A stretch of DNA of 59,013 bases, counting the filler, from Sphacelaria rigidula (lineage: Eukaryota): the NCBI GenBank assembly GCA_964200075.2. It is 8 parts of 8 records of this genome, joined end to end, with 100 filler letters (N's around TTAATTAATTAA, not from the genome) between each part and the next. Parts side by side here need not be neighbours in the genome. Positions count along the whole stretch, not along the records: positions 22,169 to 29,457 come from CAXNAA020015610.1; positions 29,558 to 36,846 come from CAXNAA020015611.1; positions 36,947 to 44,235 come from CAXNAA020015612.1; 5 more parts are not named here. One strand, written 5' to 3'. The notes beneath the pieces are model-generated. The model did not search any database, was not told the DNA's origin, and saw only the letters and a list, made by a program, of their open reading frames with translations. The stretch's first letter is position 1. Each line of letters begins with the position of its first letter. The position numbers and the translations under genes are program-made. Positions 24,656 through 37,870 of this stretch are shown here, in pieces.

Positions 24656-25217
24656 TTGACCATACTGTATACCGTCATTGTCCAGGGTGTGTAAGATATA
24701 CACAAGAACGCGAAAAACGAAAGACATGAGCGGAATCTACCTTCCGTCGTCGAGAACACGAGGATGTGAATAGCAGGAGAGTTCATTTGACGACAGTGGA
24801 CGCGGTGCGGGAGTAGCGCTGGTCATGATCCAATCCGCGATTATATGAAAGTATGAGTCGATACAAGGGGAGAGACGGCATGATTCCTCCATACCACAGA
24901 CTCGCCTTGAGGAACGCAAAGGGTTCAAGGGGAGGCAACTTATTATAATATATATATGTATATATATTCTCATCAGATTGAAGGAAATCTGTTCCGGAAA
25001 ACAATGTTTTCGGATATTTTTATGTCAAGGACAAGAGAAAAATGGAAATATGTAAAAATCAGTGCGTATTTTGAATGGGTATATGACTGTAAACTTCAAC
25101 TTACGAATCTTTGCAACCAGTAGAATATGTTGCGATCAGAAGAGCATTCGACACAGTTCTTCAATAATCCGTGTCTGCCTTCACTTCTTCCCCATTTTCT
25201 CCTCATGTAATTCATTA

Positions 25218-27745
25218 CAGTAGCTTCGAGCTGAACCAGGGGATTTCTTGTAGTTTTCTTGGAGTTGGCGGTTTTCAAGATTTTTTCAGGGAGGGATACG
25301 TGACGCGTGACGTTTTAACATGACACATTCGAACACGTAACTTTGGGTCATTTAACGCTACGTAAGATTTGATTTTTGGGATGGGACATATGTGACGTGA
25401 CGTGATGCAACGTGTGGTACTTCGCATGAACCCCAACATTGCGTTTTACGTTTCATATGTGACAAACACTCTGCTTGTTTTCGAGATCATGTAACGTGTC
25501 ACGTGTCACGTTAACAATGCATAAAAGCAGCCTTTTTTTAACATCTGGAAAACACCAAGAGACACTGATTCAAGGTCCACATGTTACATCACGTTACATG
25601 CATTTGTCCCGTCCAAAAAATCAAACGTGACGTAGCGTTAAATGGCCCAAAGTTATGTTTTTCCGGTTTTTTCAAATGTGGCACGTGTGTCACGTATCCC
25701 TCGCTGGATTTGATTTTTTCGCGCGCCACCGCTCATCCCAGTGAACGTTTGGTCCGAAGGCCTGGGGAACGGGAGATACTAGGCATCCGCTACACAGTCC
25801 GAAACAAAATGTATACCTGCACTCAATGTTGAACAATTGACGGGCCGACCGGTCCTCGGGGGTCCTGCGACTACCCAGCCTCAGGCTTCGAACCTTGGGT
25901 ATTTATGCCCGATTGAAGCAATCCCAATCGCTTATGCGAACAATTCGAGACAACTTTTTTAGAATTTTTTTTCATGTTGATATACGCTACATACAGGCTG
26001 GGCCGTCTAAGAAGCGGACGTTCCTTCAGCCGGTTGTAACTGACGATCTATCGCGAGTTGTGTCTACTGTGACATATCGTTGTAATCTGCAAACCAACGC
26101 GCGTATTTCACTCCACGTTGCACTGCGATCTGACAAGTTCCCATCAAACGAAATACCAAGCTGTGGTCAGCTGCGAAGTGGAGAGAGTTGAGGGTGGCAT
26201 GTGCGGCGGAATTAGGTGAAAAAACGGCTGAAATCGCATTTACCGTTACAGTCGCTTGTGCCGCGGTCGCAAAGTGATGGTGCTGCACTAGATATGGTTG
26301 TACAACAACGCATGTCATACTGTACGCGCGCAGGGTCTGAGATGACACGCAGATGAGACCTCCAGCGCCCCAAGGCGTCGGGCTTGTAGAAAACGTCAAA
26401 GTTCGGGCTGAGGTTGTACTCTAAAAGCAAGTCAACCGGTTCTCGACAGAAAAATGCGATTTCACTGCTAAATTTCAAGTCGTTTTCCATGAAATTTTTT
26501 GACACGATATACATTGGGTATATGTGAAGCCCCTACCGTTTCCCCCTCTTTTATTTTTTTTCCTCTCGTGAGTTCTTGGTGATCTAAATTTCGGAACAAT
26601 TTTCCTGGTACAAACGCATCGACAACTCATTGAAAAATATAAATATATATCAAGGGCGGACAAAAGGGACTTCACGACATACCTCATGCGCATCGTGTCA
26701 AAATTTCGTGGAGATATACTTGAAATTGGACAGCATAACTGCGTTTCATTTTCGTGGCTGGTCCATCTCCACATAGGAACCGGTCTTCGACCCGAACATG
26801 CGATTTAGCAGCTCAATTTTGGGTCGTTTACTATAAAATTTTGACACGATGTACAGGATGTATGTGCCAAGACTCCACCTTTTGCCCCGTACATTTTATT
26901 TTTTTTCCGTGACTTATCTGTGACCAAACATTTCAAAACAGTTTATTTCGGAACAAAATCGTTAATAAGTCCCGAGCAAAAAAAATGTAGGGGGCAGAAA
27001 ATGGAGTGTTCGTACATACGACCTGTACATCGTATCAAAATTTCATAGAGAACGACCCAAAATTGAGCTGCTCAATCGCGTGTTCACATGTATGTCCGCG
27101 TCTTGGGCGGCGTAGCCTGTAGAGCCGAAAAACTGCGTTTTTTGCGCCAGTGACGGTGGATAACACCCCGTGATAAACGAGGTCCGTACTCCGTGTCACC
27201 CCGACAACACCAACTTGAGGATTTTGCCCTGAGCACCACCTGTCTATTTCCGATATCTACAGTATCGACGCTATAGAAGGACTTTCGGGCGCTGAGGAAC
27301 AACTCTGTAGGAGAAAAATAGAGAAGGAGGAAATGTGGCAAGAGATGTTTTTGACTGTTCGCGGTCCAAAAACGCAGTTTGTCGGCTCCAGCGCAATGAA
27401 TAGGGAGAAATACAAAACTGAAGATTTTTACAATTGTTGACGAGAACGACCGGGATTGCTTCAATCGAGCGAAAACACCCACGGGAAGGGTCTAGGGGTC
27501 AAAGCCTGGGGCTGGTTAGCCGCAGGATCCCCGAGCACCGATCGGTCATTCAATATTGAGCGCACATACTAAACTAGTATTGGCTTCGGACAGTTGAGTA
27601 CATGATGATGATGCCTAGCATCTCGCCATTTCCAAATTTCGGGATCAAACGTTCACTGGGATGAACGGTGTCGTGCGAAAAAACTATTGAAAATCGCCAA
27701 CTACGGAAAATTACAAAAAGTTCCCCTATTCAGCTCGAAACTACT
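25218..27745. mobile_element. About 2.5-kb foldback-type element with long TIRs and two internal hairpin modules
   Basis: 25218-25286 plus 25707-25975 is the reverse complement of ~27415-27745; internal inverted pairs at ~26470-26730 and ~26795-27085; left end TA|CAGTAG. Confidence 0.75.
25287..25706. mobile_element. hAT-like MITE inserted in the left TIR of the foldback; second copy at 49511-49931 in opposite orientation
   Basis: CAGGG termini and ~130-bp TIRs; the 49511 copy is flanked by gttttttt/ggtttttt (near 8-bp TSD). Confidence 0.8.
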
Positions 27746-27814
27746 ACGAGCTGGGCCAGCCTAGAAGCGAATTCGGAGTTTGAAGGCCAATTCGCAATTT
27801 TCTGCCAAGAGTTA

Positions 27815-28153
27815 GAACCACTTTTATGGCAACGAATCCCGACTTTTACAAATAGGAGGATTTCAGCCCGTCTACAGGCGATTTTCTCCCGAGGATTGAT
27901 TTTTCGCAGCCCAGTCCGTTGGGCAATGTTTTTCGGCTAGCTGTGAGCAAACCAGATCAATTCTACGATTTTCTGGGCGTTGACTTTAGATACGTCACTG
28001 TTCTGCTGAAATCGGGACACTCCCGCATTTCCCCCGCATCTCCCCCGATTTTCCAAAAAAATCGGGAGAGATGCGGGAGTGTCCCGATTTGGGCAGAAAT
28101 GTGATAATCCTTATATTTGTAAAAATTGGCTCTCGTTGCCAAAAAAGTGGGTC
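27815..28153. mobile_element. PIF/Harbinger-like MITE (GACCCACTTTTAT family)
   Basis: TTA|gaaccacttttatggcaacg...cgttgccaaaaaagtgggtc|TTG; homologous to 35343-35818. Confidence 0.8.
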
Positions 28154-28539
28154 TTGGAGATTGAAAATCGCTGTGGACAATTCACAGGGCATGATAAAAA
28201 GAAATGTGCATAATCACAAAGATTTTTGCTTCTAGGTGAGTTAACGGCATGTCACAAAAACCTAAAAACTCATTATTGTCTTTAACTCATGGAAAAAAAT
28301 AATGGGACCACGCGAATTTTTTTGTATGCCCCGTTAATCAGATGTGCCAATTTTCAGGGTCCAAATCCGAATGGAAAATAGCGAATTCGCCTTTTGGAAC
28401 CCGGGCCGATGGAAATTCGAAACAGTATTTTGCAGGCCGTTTACCGGCCCACGTTTGGTGTTTTGTACTACTGTACGTGATATTCGGCCCACGCATCATC
28501 TTGCCACTGCTCGGACGCTCAGAGGAACTCGCTGGTTTA

Positions 28540-29390
28540 GACCCACTTTTATGGCAGGCACGAATCACGATGTTTTCAAAATCGGGGGGAAAAAAATCGG
28601 GGAGCGCATTTATGAACATCGATTTGGACCGAATCGGGGGCGACAAAAATCGGGGAGTCAAGATCTCGGAACGATTTCCCCCCATTTTGCGAAAAAAACG
28701 GGGGAAACCGTTCCGCGATCGTGACTTCCCCCGATTTTTTTAGGTGACGTACATGCAATGACGTACTATGCTAGAGTACGAGGCATTTCATATTTTTGCA
28801 ACCGCAGCACAAGACAGTCTCGTGACAGCACAAGGCGTGCCTACTGCCCGCCCCAGCTGCTGAAGCAACTTCGCACGGGGTTTGACAAGCGGATAAAGCG
28901 CTGACGCCGTACCCTGCGGCGATAGTAATATTTTAGGCTGCGCTGCGCTGCCATATGCATCACTATAACGAACGTTACTGTACTCTTCTAGCTGTTGTCG
29001 CTGTACTTGAGGGGTGATGTACGGCACTACAGTACACTACTGAACTCTGCTCGCGCACTGTTTATTCTCTGTTCCCGCAATACCAGCTGTGCCATCATGT
29101 ACAACCACACGGCATTATCATGTACCATGCTGATGTAGTGTCCTGCACTGTTGTACCCTAGGGTATCAAGGTGCGACACTGTACTCGAAATATTGTTCAC
29201 CGCCTGCCTGCTCTTCGGCTTCATGCACGAGTACGCAGTACCACGCTCATGCAGAAAATGACTGTCTGTGTACAGAACCGTTTCACAAATCTGTGTTATA
29301 CTGTACTGTCTGTGCCATAAAACGGCCCCCCCGACTTTTTCGAAATCGGGGTCCCAAAAAAAACGAGATTCGTAGTAATAAAAGTGGGTC
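28540..29390. mobile_element. PIF/Harbinger-like MITE (GACCCACTTTTAT family)
   Basis: TTA|gacccacttttat...ataaaagtgggtc|TTA: perfect 13-bp TIR and 3-bp TSD. Confidence 0.88.
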
Positions 29391-30271
29391 TTAGGCCGGA
29401 TGTTATGGCACACAGATTTTTGGCCCACGGATTGTTGACGTTTATAGTGTTTGAGCCNNNNNNNNNNNNNNNNNNNNNNNNNNNNNNNNNNNNNNNNNNN
29501 NTTAATTAATTAANNNNNNNNNNNNNNNNNNNNNNNNNNNNNNNNNNNNNNNNNNNNGGTCTTTCGTGCAAGACAGATATGCCACTTCAGCCCCATATTT
29601 TGTTTGAACCCCAAAATATAAAATCGGCTGTTTGTGGTATATAGTGCCTACCGATAGATATTCTCTGTCGTCTATTGCCTTACCTACATCGCAACACACT
29701 ATGTTTGATTGATGGGTTTGATTGATTGATTGTCGCACTCTAACTGACCCCCCAGGGATCCAGCCGTGGTCTCATGATAGACTACTACGTATAAAGCTTA
29801 TTATACTCCGTTGAAGTACGGTAGAGAAGCCGCAGGTGGACATGCAGTGGGTATATGATGATACTTCTTATGAGTATATGACGTCACGTTTCTACAATTT
29901 TGGAACGCTTGCATTTTGTAGGAATCCGCAATATATGTGGTCAAAAGTTGACAAGTTTTGCTGTCGGTTTGTTGCTAGTACTTATGATTGTCCCTCTGAT
30001 GGACATGAACGCTTACAGTGCTTTTGTGCGTGGGCGACATATATATGCTTATACCTTGGACAATAGACTATGTAATAGAATATTGGCGCTGCAATAGCTC
30101 CGAAAATTTGACTGTCAACGTTCATTGTCAGTCATAATCGACTGGCATCAATGCCTACCGATAGCTATTGTGAGCGACAACAGATTCAGGACAAGGAACA
30201 GAATGTATCATTGCCGTGACAATGGCAGGGGCCAAGCTGTCTATCGATACATTTTATTCGTTGCAATAGGC

Positions 30272-30478
30272 GCTGAATTGCGGCCACCAATGTCTATTGC
30301 TAATCACAATAGGATCTACCACGCGGCCACCAATACAAATTTTTGGTCACAAAAGGATCCAAATTGCGCCCACCAATTTCTGTTGAGGGTCATAATATCA
30401 CCTGAATCGCGGCCACCAATGTAGATCGGTGGTCACAATGCAATCTGAATCGCGGCCACCAATATCTATTGCTGACCA
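30272..30478. repeat. Spaced short direct repeats (gaat)cgcggccaccaat, 4-5 copies
   Basis: gcggccaccaat at ~30280, 30323, 30409, 30452; degenerate copy ~30366. Confidence 0.7.
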
Positions 30479-30764
30479 CATAATTAGCTAAATGGCGTCG
30501 ATTACTAGCGCTAAGTTTGCACATTTTTCGATGTATGCTTCCACCTTGTTCCATAAAAGCTATGGCCAGCTATCGCCTCAGTCAGGTAGTTTTGTGTTCA
30601 TGTGTGAGGGGTATTGCCGTTGATGTCATAGGATCACTACCGTGAACAATATATATCTTCAAAGCCTATCGTTAGCGTCAATGGCTATCGATAGGTGCTC
30701 CCGAGAACAGTCGATTGAAGGTATTTGTATCCGCTCCACATTCCAAGAAAAATAATAATCTGTA

Positions 30765-31981
30765 CGAGCTGGGCCAGCGTAGAGGCGGATATGAGGTTTG
30801 CGGGCGAATGCGCCGACCAATATTTAGAGTTGGAGCCTGAAATTTGGTATGGACAATGCATAGGGCATAATAAAAAATTAATGAAGCACCAGAAGGTTTT
30901 TTTTTGTGAGTTAAGGGCATTTTACTGATACCTGAAAACCGTTTATTGGCCTCAACTCACCAAGAAAAAAATTCTGGTGCTTCTTCAATTATTTTCACTA
31001 TGCCCGATGCATTTTCTATACCAAATTTTACGCTCCAACTCTAAGTATTGGCCGGCGCATTCGCCTTTCAAAAACCGGCTCGGTAGAAATTCGGAGCAGT
31101 ATTTCGCAGGCCACTCACCGGCCCACGTTTGGTTTTTGTGTATTGAAATTCTGTGTGGGCCCTCGCTAGAGCATAATCAACACAGCCCAGTGGGTCAATT
31201 TTTTGTCTACTATTTTTTTCACAGGTTTATTTAGGGCGTTTTAGTATGGTGATGACCATTTTTTTACGAGAACGCCCGAACCTCCCCCTCCCCCAAAAAA
31301 TGGGCCTCCATTGTTTTGGGGGGAGGAGAGGTTCGGGCGTTCTCCATCCCAAGTTTTAATTCACATTTCTAAAAATTGAGCTGAAAAATTGAGATCAGTC
31401 AGGCCCAAGAGCAATATTCATTTCTCCTCAAAATTCCCCTGCAGTACGAAAAAAGTGGGGGGGAAAACGTGAAAAAAAAACTTCAAAGCTGTGTTTTTAT
31501 TTCATAATCCACTAGTGGTTCTCCATACCAAATTTCATAGCACAACTCTCAAAAACTGAGATGCGCTACGGTATATATCCAGATTTAGGGCATCTAGTGC
31601 CTCTGCTCGTAATATATTGATTTTAGTATAGAACCTTACGTGCGCCATATCTCGAGATAGGTTACGAATTAGGTGAAGGTTAGGGTAGCTATCGTCCCCC
31701 CGTGATCCAGTGAAGGTCCACACCAAAAATCGCAATCATCCGATGAAAGCATCGTTCGGGGTTTCATACAGATTTTAGTGTGGACGCTATCTCCGTACGG
31801 TTTAGGAATTACTAGACATGGGGTTTAATCAACGAAAAAAAATGGTCCAGATTTTTGAGTAGATGGGCACCTTCCCCTTCTTTCGACGATCAATATGATA
31901 TGCGGATCATGGCCCAACTCGTCTATGTCGATGAGAGATTGCTTTGAGAGCTTCAATCCGTTTTTAGACTGGCCCACCTCG
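30765..31981. mobile_element. Tc1/mariner-like non-autonomous element (CGAGCTGGGCCAG TIR); reverse partial copy at 50901-~51520, related left end at 27747
   Basis: TA|cgagctgggccagcgtaga...tttagactggcccacctcg|TA; internal inverted pair ~30800-31070. Confidence 0.82.
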
Positions 31982-33766
31982 TACTCAATATTGAGTGACT
32001 CACAGGCTGACCGGTCATCGGGGGTCCTGACACGGTTTCAGGTTAGATTCTCACTCTTCGGTATTTTCGGTCAATCGAACCTATCCCAATTATATTTGTG
32101 AAGAAATGTACAGTTTTATTTTTTTGAGATTTTCCCTACTCATTGCTTAAAGCCGAAAAACTGTGTATCACAGTCAATAACACCCTCCTGACAAACGCGG
32201 TATTTACTCGTATCGCCCGACAACACCAACAACACTGACTTGGGCGCTGCGTTTCGGGGATGATCTGTTTATTGTACCACAATCTACCGACGCTAGCAAT
32301 TTCGAGTTCTATCGAAGAGTAGTACGCGAGGGAAACCCAAAAACACCCCTGAATGGTTAGACCACCCACTACCGGTACTTGAGATCTCAGAGTCAGAGAG
32401 ACGCCAGTTGAACCTTTCTTCGTTTGTAGTCTACAATAGAGAGCGGTTTTCAGAGCAACGGACCCTGGCCCAGCATGCCAGCAAGCTCGAAGTAAGCGCT
32501 GTCAATAAGCCACCTCGTTCGCACTCGGCAACAGGAACCGCCGAGGACAACAGTAAATACGCTGAGTCTCAACCCTCGTATTCCGAACTTTCGCCGAGGC
32601 ACCGCAGGTTAACTATTCCGAGAACCTAAAACTTGATGTCCCGCTTGGTTTTAGAACATGGCGATAGTACAAGCGTTTATGATCGGTATGGTAAGCTCGC
32701 CAGGAGAATATGTTCCACGCTGCGGTGCGGCGGCGGCTTAACCAATACGAAGACCTCCTGAAGGAACACAAACGTTATTTCGGATTAGACGCCATCTCAC
32801 ACACGTTTTCAAATACCGTGGGGTACAGCTGAAAGGCAGCATCAGCATGATCGAAAATGCTCTCAGGGAGCGCATAGAGTCTCCCAGCGCGTCATCCCCC
32901 GCAACCCTGTCGACCAGCGGCAGAGCTGGGGTGGTCTTTCATCATGCGGCAGTGCGACGAGCTGGACCACAATCGCGAACGCATCGGCGAGCCAAATACT
33001 GTTGCGGGTAAGGCGAATGATCAGCTTGCACGGTCGATTGAGAGGGGCATGGTGGAATAGAGCGCAGTGCAGTTGCAGCCTCTGTTGACGAAGTAGGGCC
33101 CGGCCGAGGTTGGTTTGGGGTGGGGTTATTGTGCAACAGCATAATAAATAGTGTCTGGCTGGATCTGTCTGTGCACACCGGCCGGGCTTGAACTTTCATT
33201 CCAGAATCAATAGGTTGGACCTGTTCCAAAGGAACCGTTGTGGCCGAAGCTGCTACACTGGCGGTCGATTTTCCCATGCAACTATAATTATGAATTCCCT
33301 AGAGATCGCAGCCTACCTACGTATAGAATTTTGTCGAGGACGTCGTCGCCTTCCTCCTCTGGTTCACACACCTCGTAGCCGAGTTTTTTCCGCTGGGAAA
33401 AGGTTGATATCAACTTTTTTTTCTCCCACTTGTACGTACCTCCTCCCCCTCCTCGACACCAGTACATGGTCCCAGGGGAGGTGATGAAGCCATCTCTTTC
33501 CCAGTACACGCCTTGCATTTGGTATCGGTGATTGGATCGGCACTGCCGCACCGCGTCAACTGTCGCGCTTAGCAAGCTATGCCAAATATACTTTTATGTT
33601 ACGAGCACTCACGTTCTCTCATCTTCAACAACGGAATCATATATCTCGGAGGAAAACGATACAGCTTCCGCATTGTCGTGAAAATCAAATGGTTGATGAC
33701 TTGATTTTAGATTGAAACACCTGTATTTGGCTCCGTTTCTTTATTACACCATGTTTTCATGTTTTA

Positions 33767-34254
33767 GGCAGCTGCTCAAAACAGACAAAAATACAAATAT
33801 GGGAAAGTGTCCTTTTGGAGCGTCTACGTCGTTTTACGCCCTGCAAGCGAGCTAGGCGGAGTTTTGACACCTTGGATTAACTTTCTCTACTAGTTGGAAA
33901 CAATTCCAGGACATGTTCCCGCTTTCCAGTGGCCGCAGTTTTCATCTTGGCCAGACAAGAATTTTCGTCCAAGAACAGTCAAGTCCAGAGAAAATATATA
34001 GAGTAGAGAGCAATATTTTGTAGATGTGACGAATCTTGACCGGTCTTCGACAAAAAAATCTTGTTTGGCCTAAATGAAGACTGAGGCCACCGGAGAACGG
34101 GAAGATGTCCTGGAACCGCCCCAACGAGTATTGTAGAGCACGTCATTCCAAAGTGTTAAACTCCGTCTAGCTCTCTCTCAGGGCGTAAACGACGTAAAAA
34201 CTCCAACAAGGCACTTTTCCAGATTTCCATGTTTGTCTGTTATAACCAGCGGCC
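33767..34254. mobile_element. PIF/Harbinger-like MITE with long TIRs; a second copy starting at 52766 hosts the LTR element
   Basis: TTA|ggcagctg...cagcggcc|TGA; arms ~33767-33960 and ~34065-34254 are reverse complements. Confidence 0.82.
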
Positions 34255-34682
34255 TGACAGAGACCAATCTGCACTTGTACAAATCTGGGGAGATTTCGGC
34301 ATGTCTGCAAGTGATTTCCTGCCGCGGATTGAGTTTTTCCGACCCCGGTCCGTTGGGCAATGTTTTTCGGCTGGCTGTGACAAAACCACACCAATTTTTC
34401 GATTCTCACGTTCCTGCTCAATCGAGATACTCCCCAATATAAGCGCGTACAAAACACATTTTTTGTCAAGACGGGTGCCTGCGGCGCCAATTTGAGGTCT
34501 GACGACGCACACTTCGCCGAGACCAACGTTCGCACCCCCCGTGCCTGAGGGTTCTCGTAAGCCTGTGTTCGCCAGGGTTAGCGTTGGCGGTTAGTTCAAA
34601 ATCATGAAATTTTGGGAACGTTGGTAACCTTCTGCCGATCATTTTTGCAACAAGTGCGTAAGCGCGACTCGAGCAGAAGTCA

Positions 34683-34986
34683 GGCCATGTCTTGGGGCGT
34701 GTCTCAGCACATCGATCGAAATTGTGCGGTGGAAACGGAAAACTCCAATCTGATGGGTCGTGATTTCAACTGCCGTAGTTTATTTTGAATATGGTTGAAA
34801 TCACGACCTATCGATCGAAAAAGTGCGGTGGGAAAGGAAACTCCGATCTGATAGGTTGTGATTTCAACCATATTCAAAATTAACGACGGTGGTTGAAATT
34901 ACGACCGGTCAGATCGGAGTTTTCTTTTTCCACCGCACATTTTCGATCGAAAATTGACGTGCCAAGACACGGCCCAAGACACGCCC
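34683..34986. mobile_element. PIF/Harbinger-like MITE; relative at ~35166-35830 (TAA flanks)
   Basis: TCA|ggccatgtcttgg...ccaagacacgccc|TCA; long internal inverted arms. Confidence 0.8.
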
Positions 34987-35342
34987 TCAGCCAATACCCA
35001 TCTGGTGAAACGACCTCACTTGTTTCCCGCCCTAATGGGTTTATCAGTGGGAAACAATCGCCAGTGCATGAATGAATCCTCGAGAGTCATTTGAAATAAG
35101 GCGACCAAAAGTTATGGTCGTATATCTATGGTTGGCTATTTCGAACAAACTACCAATAACGGTAAGGGGCGTGTCTTGGCACATCGGTTTTCAATCGAAA
35201 AAGTGCGGTAGATAACAAAATTCCGTATCTGATTAGTTGTAATTTCAACGATCGTCAAGTTTGAAGACGGTAGAAATCACGACCCATCAGGCCGGGATTT
35301 TTGGTTGCCACCGCACTTTTCGATTCAAAAATGGTGTGATAA

Positions 35343-35818
35343 GACCCACTTTTATAGCAACGAATCCCGGTTTTTACAAATAGGAGGATATCAGCCCGTT
35401 TACAGGCGATTTTCTCCAGTTGATTGATTTTTCGGACCCCAGTCCGTTGGGCAATGTTTTTCGGCCAGCTGTGAGAAACCAGATCAATTCGATTTTCTGG
35501 GTGTTGAATTTCGATACATCACCGTGCTGCTGAAATCGGGACACCCCCGCATCTTCCCCATATCTCCCCCGCATCTCCCCCGATTTTTTTTTCAGTCGGG
35601 GGACATGCGGGAGTGTCCCGATTTGGGCAGAGATGTGATAAACCAAAAGTCAACGTCCAAATAATCGGAGAATTGATCTGGTTTGCTCACAGCTAGCCGA
35701 AAAACATTGCCCAAGGGACTGGGGTCCGAAAAATCTATCTACGGGAGAAAATCGCGTGTAGATGGGCTGAAATCCTCATATTTGTAAAAACCGGGATTCG
35801 TTGCCATAAGAGTGGGTC
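35343..35818. mobile_element. PIF/Harbinger-like MITE (GACCCAC family) nested in the right TIR of the 35166-35830 element
   Basis: TAA|gacccacttttatagcaacgaatcccgg...ccgggattcgttgccataagagtgggtc|CAA; ~150-bp TIRs. Confidence 0.85.
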
Positions 35819-35901
35819 CAAGACATGGCCTAACCCTAACCCTCACACGGGCCCAAGGCGCACGACCTTCGGTCAAGGGGGGTGCACAGTTTTCCAGAAC
35901 A

Positions 35902-36249
35902 CCGGTCGCCCCGGTGGCTCAGTTGGTAACCTCGTAACCTTCTGATGGTTGAGTAGCGGGGTTCGATTCCCGGAGCGATCTGGAATCTTTTCTCACACCA
36001 TGCCCAACAGTGGAGAGCGACTATGTCGTGGGTATACAAAATTCGACTTCGCGGTCGACGAGGGAAAGGGACTGCTGAACCCCTCTCGCGATAAAAAAAA
36101 TAAAGGCAAGTTTGCAGAAGGAAGGTGGGGTATTAAACAAACAGAAAAAAGCTCCTGTGTTGACCTTCCTCCTGTGTGACCCCAGCTGATGCGCCCACAT
36201 ATACCGAAAGGCGTAGACTGGTGCCTAAAATAAATGGGACGACAACACA
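35902..36249 (+). mobile_element. tRNA-derived SINE, full length
   Basis: A box tggctcagttgg, B box ggttcgattc; body homologous to 23590-23982. Confidence 0.88.
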
Positions 36250-37218
36250 GGTTTCCCTAGGCGACGTGTGCGTTGGCAGACCTGAAATCGACGCCGTAGG
36301 CGCCGATTTCGACCAAAACACGTTCGGACGAGCTGGGTCCGCTGCTCACCTGCCCCAAACCATAATTTTTCTCAGAACTTTCTCGAGTCCAAAATCTAGT
36401 GTAATAGTCATGTTGTCAACCATAGATGTAATACCAAAGCTTTAGGTCTACTGATTGAAAGATAGTTCGAACGTGTGTGGAACTATAGTAGTAGTTGTGG
36501 AGAGTTTGTCGCAGCCCAATAATACAGTCCAGTACAATCATGCTTTGCGTTATATTTTGTGTTGTGGAGGGAGACCGCCTCTTCAAAACGCGGAAGCACA
36601 TCCACCGCAACACAGCTTTCGCTTGCGGAACAAGGAGGCGTTCCACTAGCGTGGCTCACACGTCGCCCTCTCCAGCCTGGTTCGGCGATAACCCGGCGTG
36701 CTCCGTCTAGGGGCGGACCCCCGATGGGGCTGGCATCGCTTGGTGATGACGCTGTAAAACACGCCACTCAATACGTAAGCTAGGCAACCAGGTTACTGAT
36801 TTTTTTGCGCGCTCGCGTTTTTTTGCGGTAACCATGATGATAGTCTNNNNNNNNNNNNNNNNNNNNNNNNNNNNNNNNNNNNNNNNNNNNTTAATTAATT
36901 AANNNNNNNNNNNNNNNNNNNNNNNNNNNNNNNNNNNNNNNNNNNNCAAAATGGCGTGTTTGGCTGTTTTCGCGTTACTGGCCATTTTTCGTACCTTTCC
37001 TAGGCAAAAACCGAGAAGGTATACCTTTTCTAGGTCATTGCCCTATTATTATTCTTCTTTTTGTTATACTCACAGTCTGTTGTACAGTAGTGCCATATCA
37101 CCTTTTGCTAACTGTCCTCCCCCGTGAAATCCTCCGTTCGCCAACTGAACTGCTCTCAACTTTCTCCATTCATCGCACATTGAAATGTTACCCGCTTCGC
37201 TCGTGGGAAAAAATCAAG

Positions 37219-37320
37219 GCTCACGTGTATCGTGGAGCCTTCGGTGCTCATGTGTCCATGGTGATGAGGCGCCTACTGCGCTTGTGGGCCGTCAACGCCC
37301 CGCCGGGACCACCCCCGCAG
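37219..37320 (+). CDS. HRQ1: HRQ1/RecQ4-like DEAH helicase, first visible exon (end of motif II)
   Basis: aag|AHVYRGAFGAHVSMVMRRLLRL...PPPQ|gt; 34 codons, phase 0. Confidence 0.9.
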
Positions 37321-37629
37321 GTCAGCACAGTGTCGGACTTTTTTGTTCCCTTTTGTTGTTTTTCGAAGATGGAACACCAAGGCGAGACAAGAATAACATA
37401 CGCCCGGAACGGCATAGCTTGCATTTTCCCATGAAACCAAACCCCGTATGACGAACCAGGCTAACTCGACGTTCGACTCCGACGATTCTGACATTTGCTA
37501 TCCGTTTTGTTTTTATCTCGGGTATGTTTATCATGTGGCTAATGTGACCACGGCTGGATCCCTGGCAGATGAGTTAGTGTGCGCCAGTCAATCAGTCAGT
37601 CAGACATAACCCCTGCGGGGCTAACCAGC

Positions 37630-37870
37630 TCTTACTCGTAGTTGACTGAGTTTGTTTGACGTGACTTGACGCGGTGTGGGAGTGCTGACCCAATCTGCGA
37701 GACCGAAATGCGAGGCGTGTACCGGGGAGAGGTGGGTTGATTCCCTGAGAACACGAACTCGTCATGCAAGGCGTGTACCGGGGGGAGAGATGGGTTGATC
37801 CCTCGAGACCACGAAGTCGTCACGAGGAAGGGGAGAGGTTCGAAGTGCGGCAAGTAAAACATTAAACAAC
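37630..37870. repeat. Unclassified dispersed repeat with an internal ~55-bp tandem duplication; shares sequence with 14655-14679
   Basis: ttgacgcggtg(c/t)gggagtgctgaccc in both places; aggcgtgtaccgggg...cacgaa.tcgtca twice. Confidence 0.65.

Noticed and set aside
35829-35843. Telomere-like cctaaccctaaccct
   Set aside because: Only about two units, internal, overlapping a MITE TSD.
35902-35985. tRNA gene (also 23590-23665)
   Set aside because: Imperfect cloverleaf continuing into a shared repeat body; SINE head.
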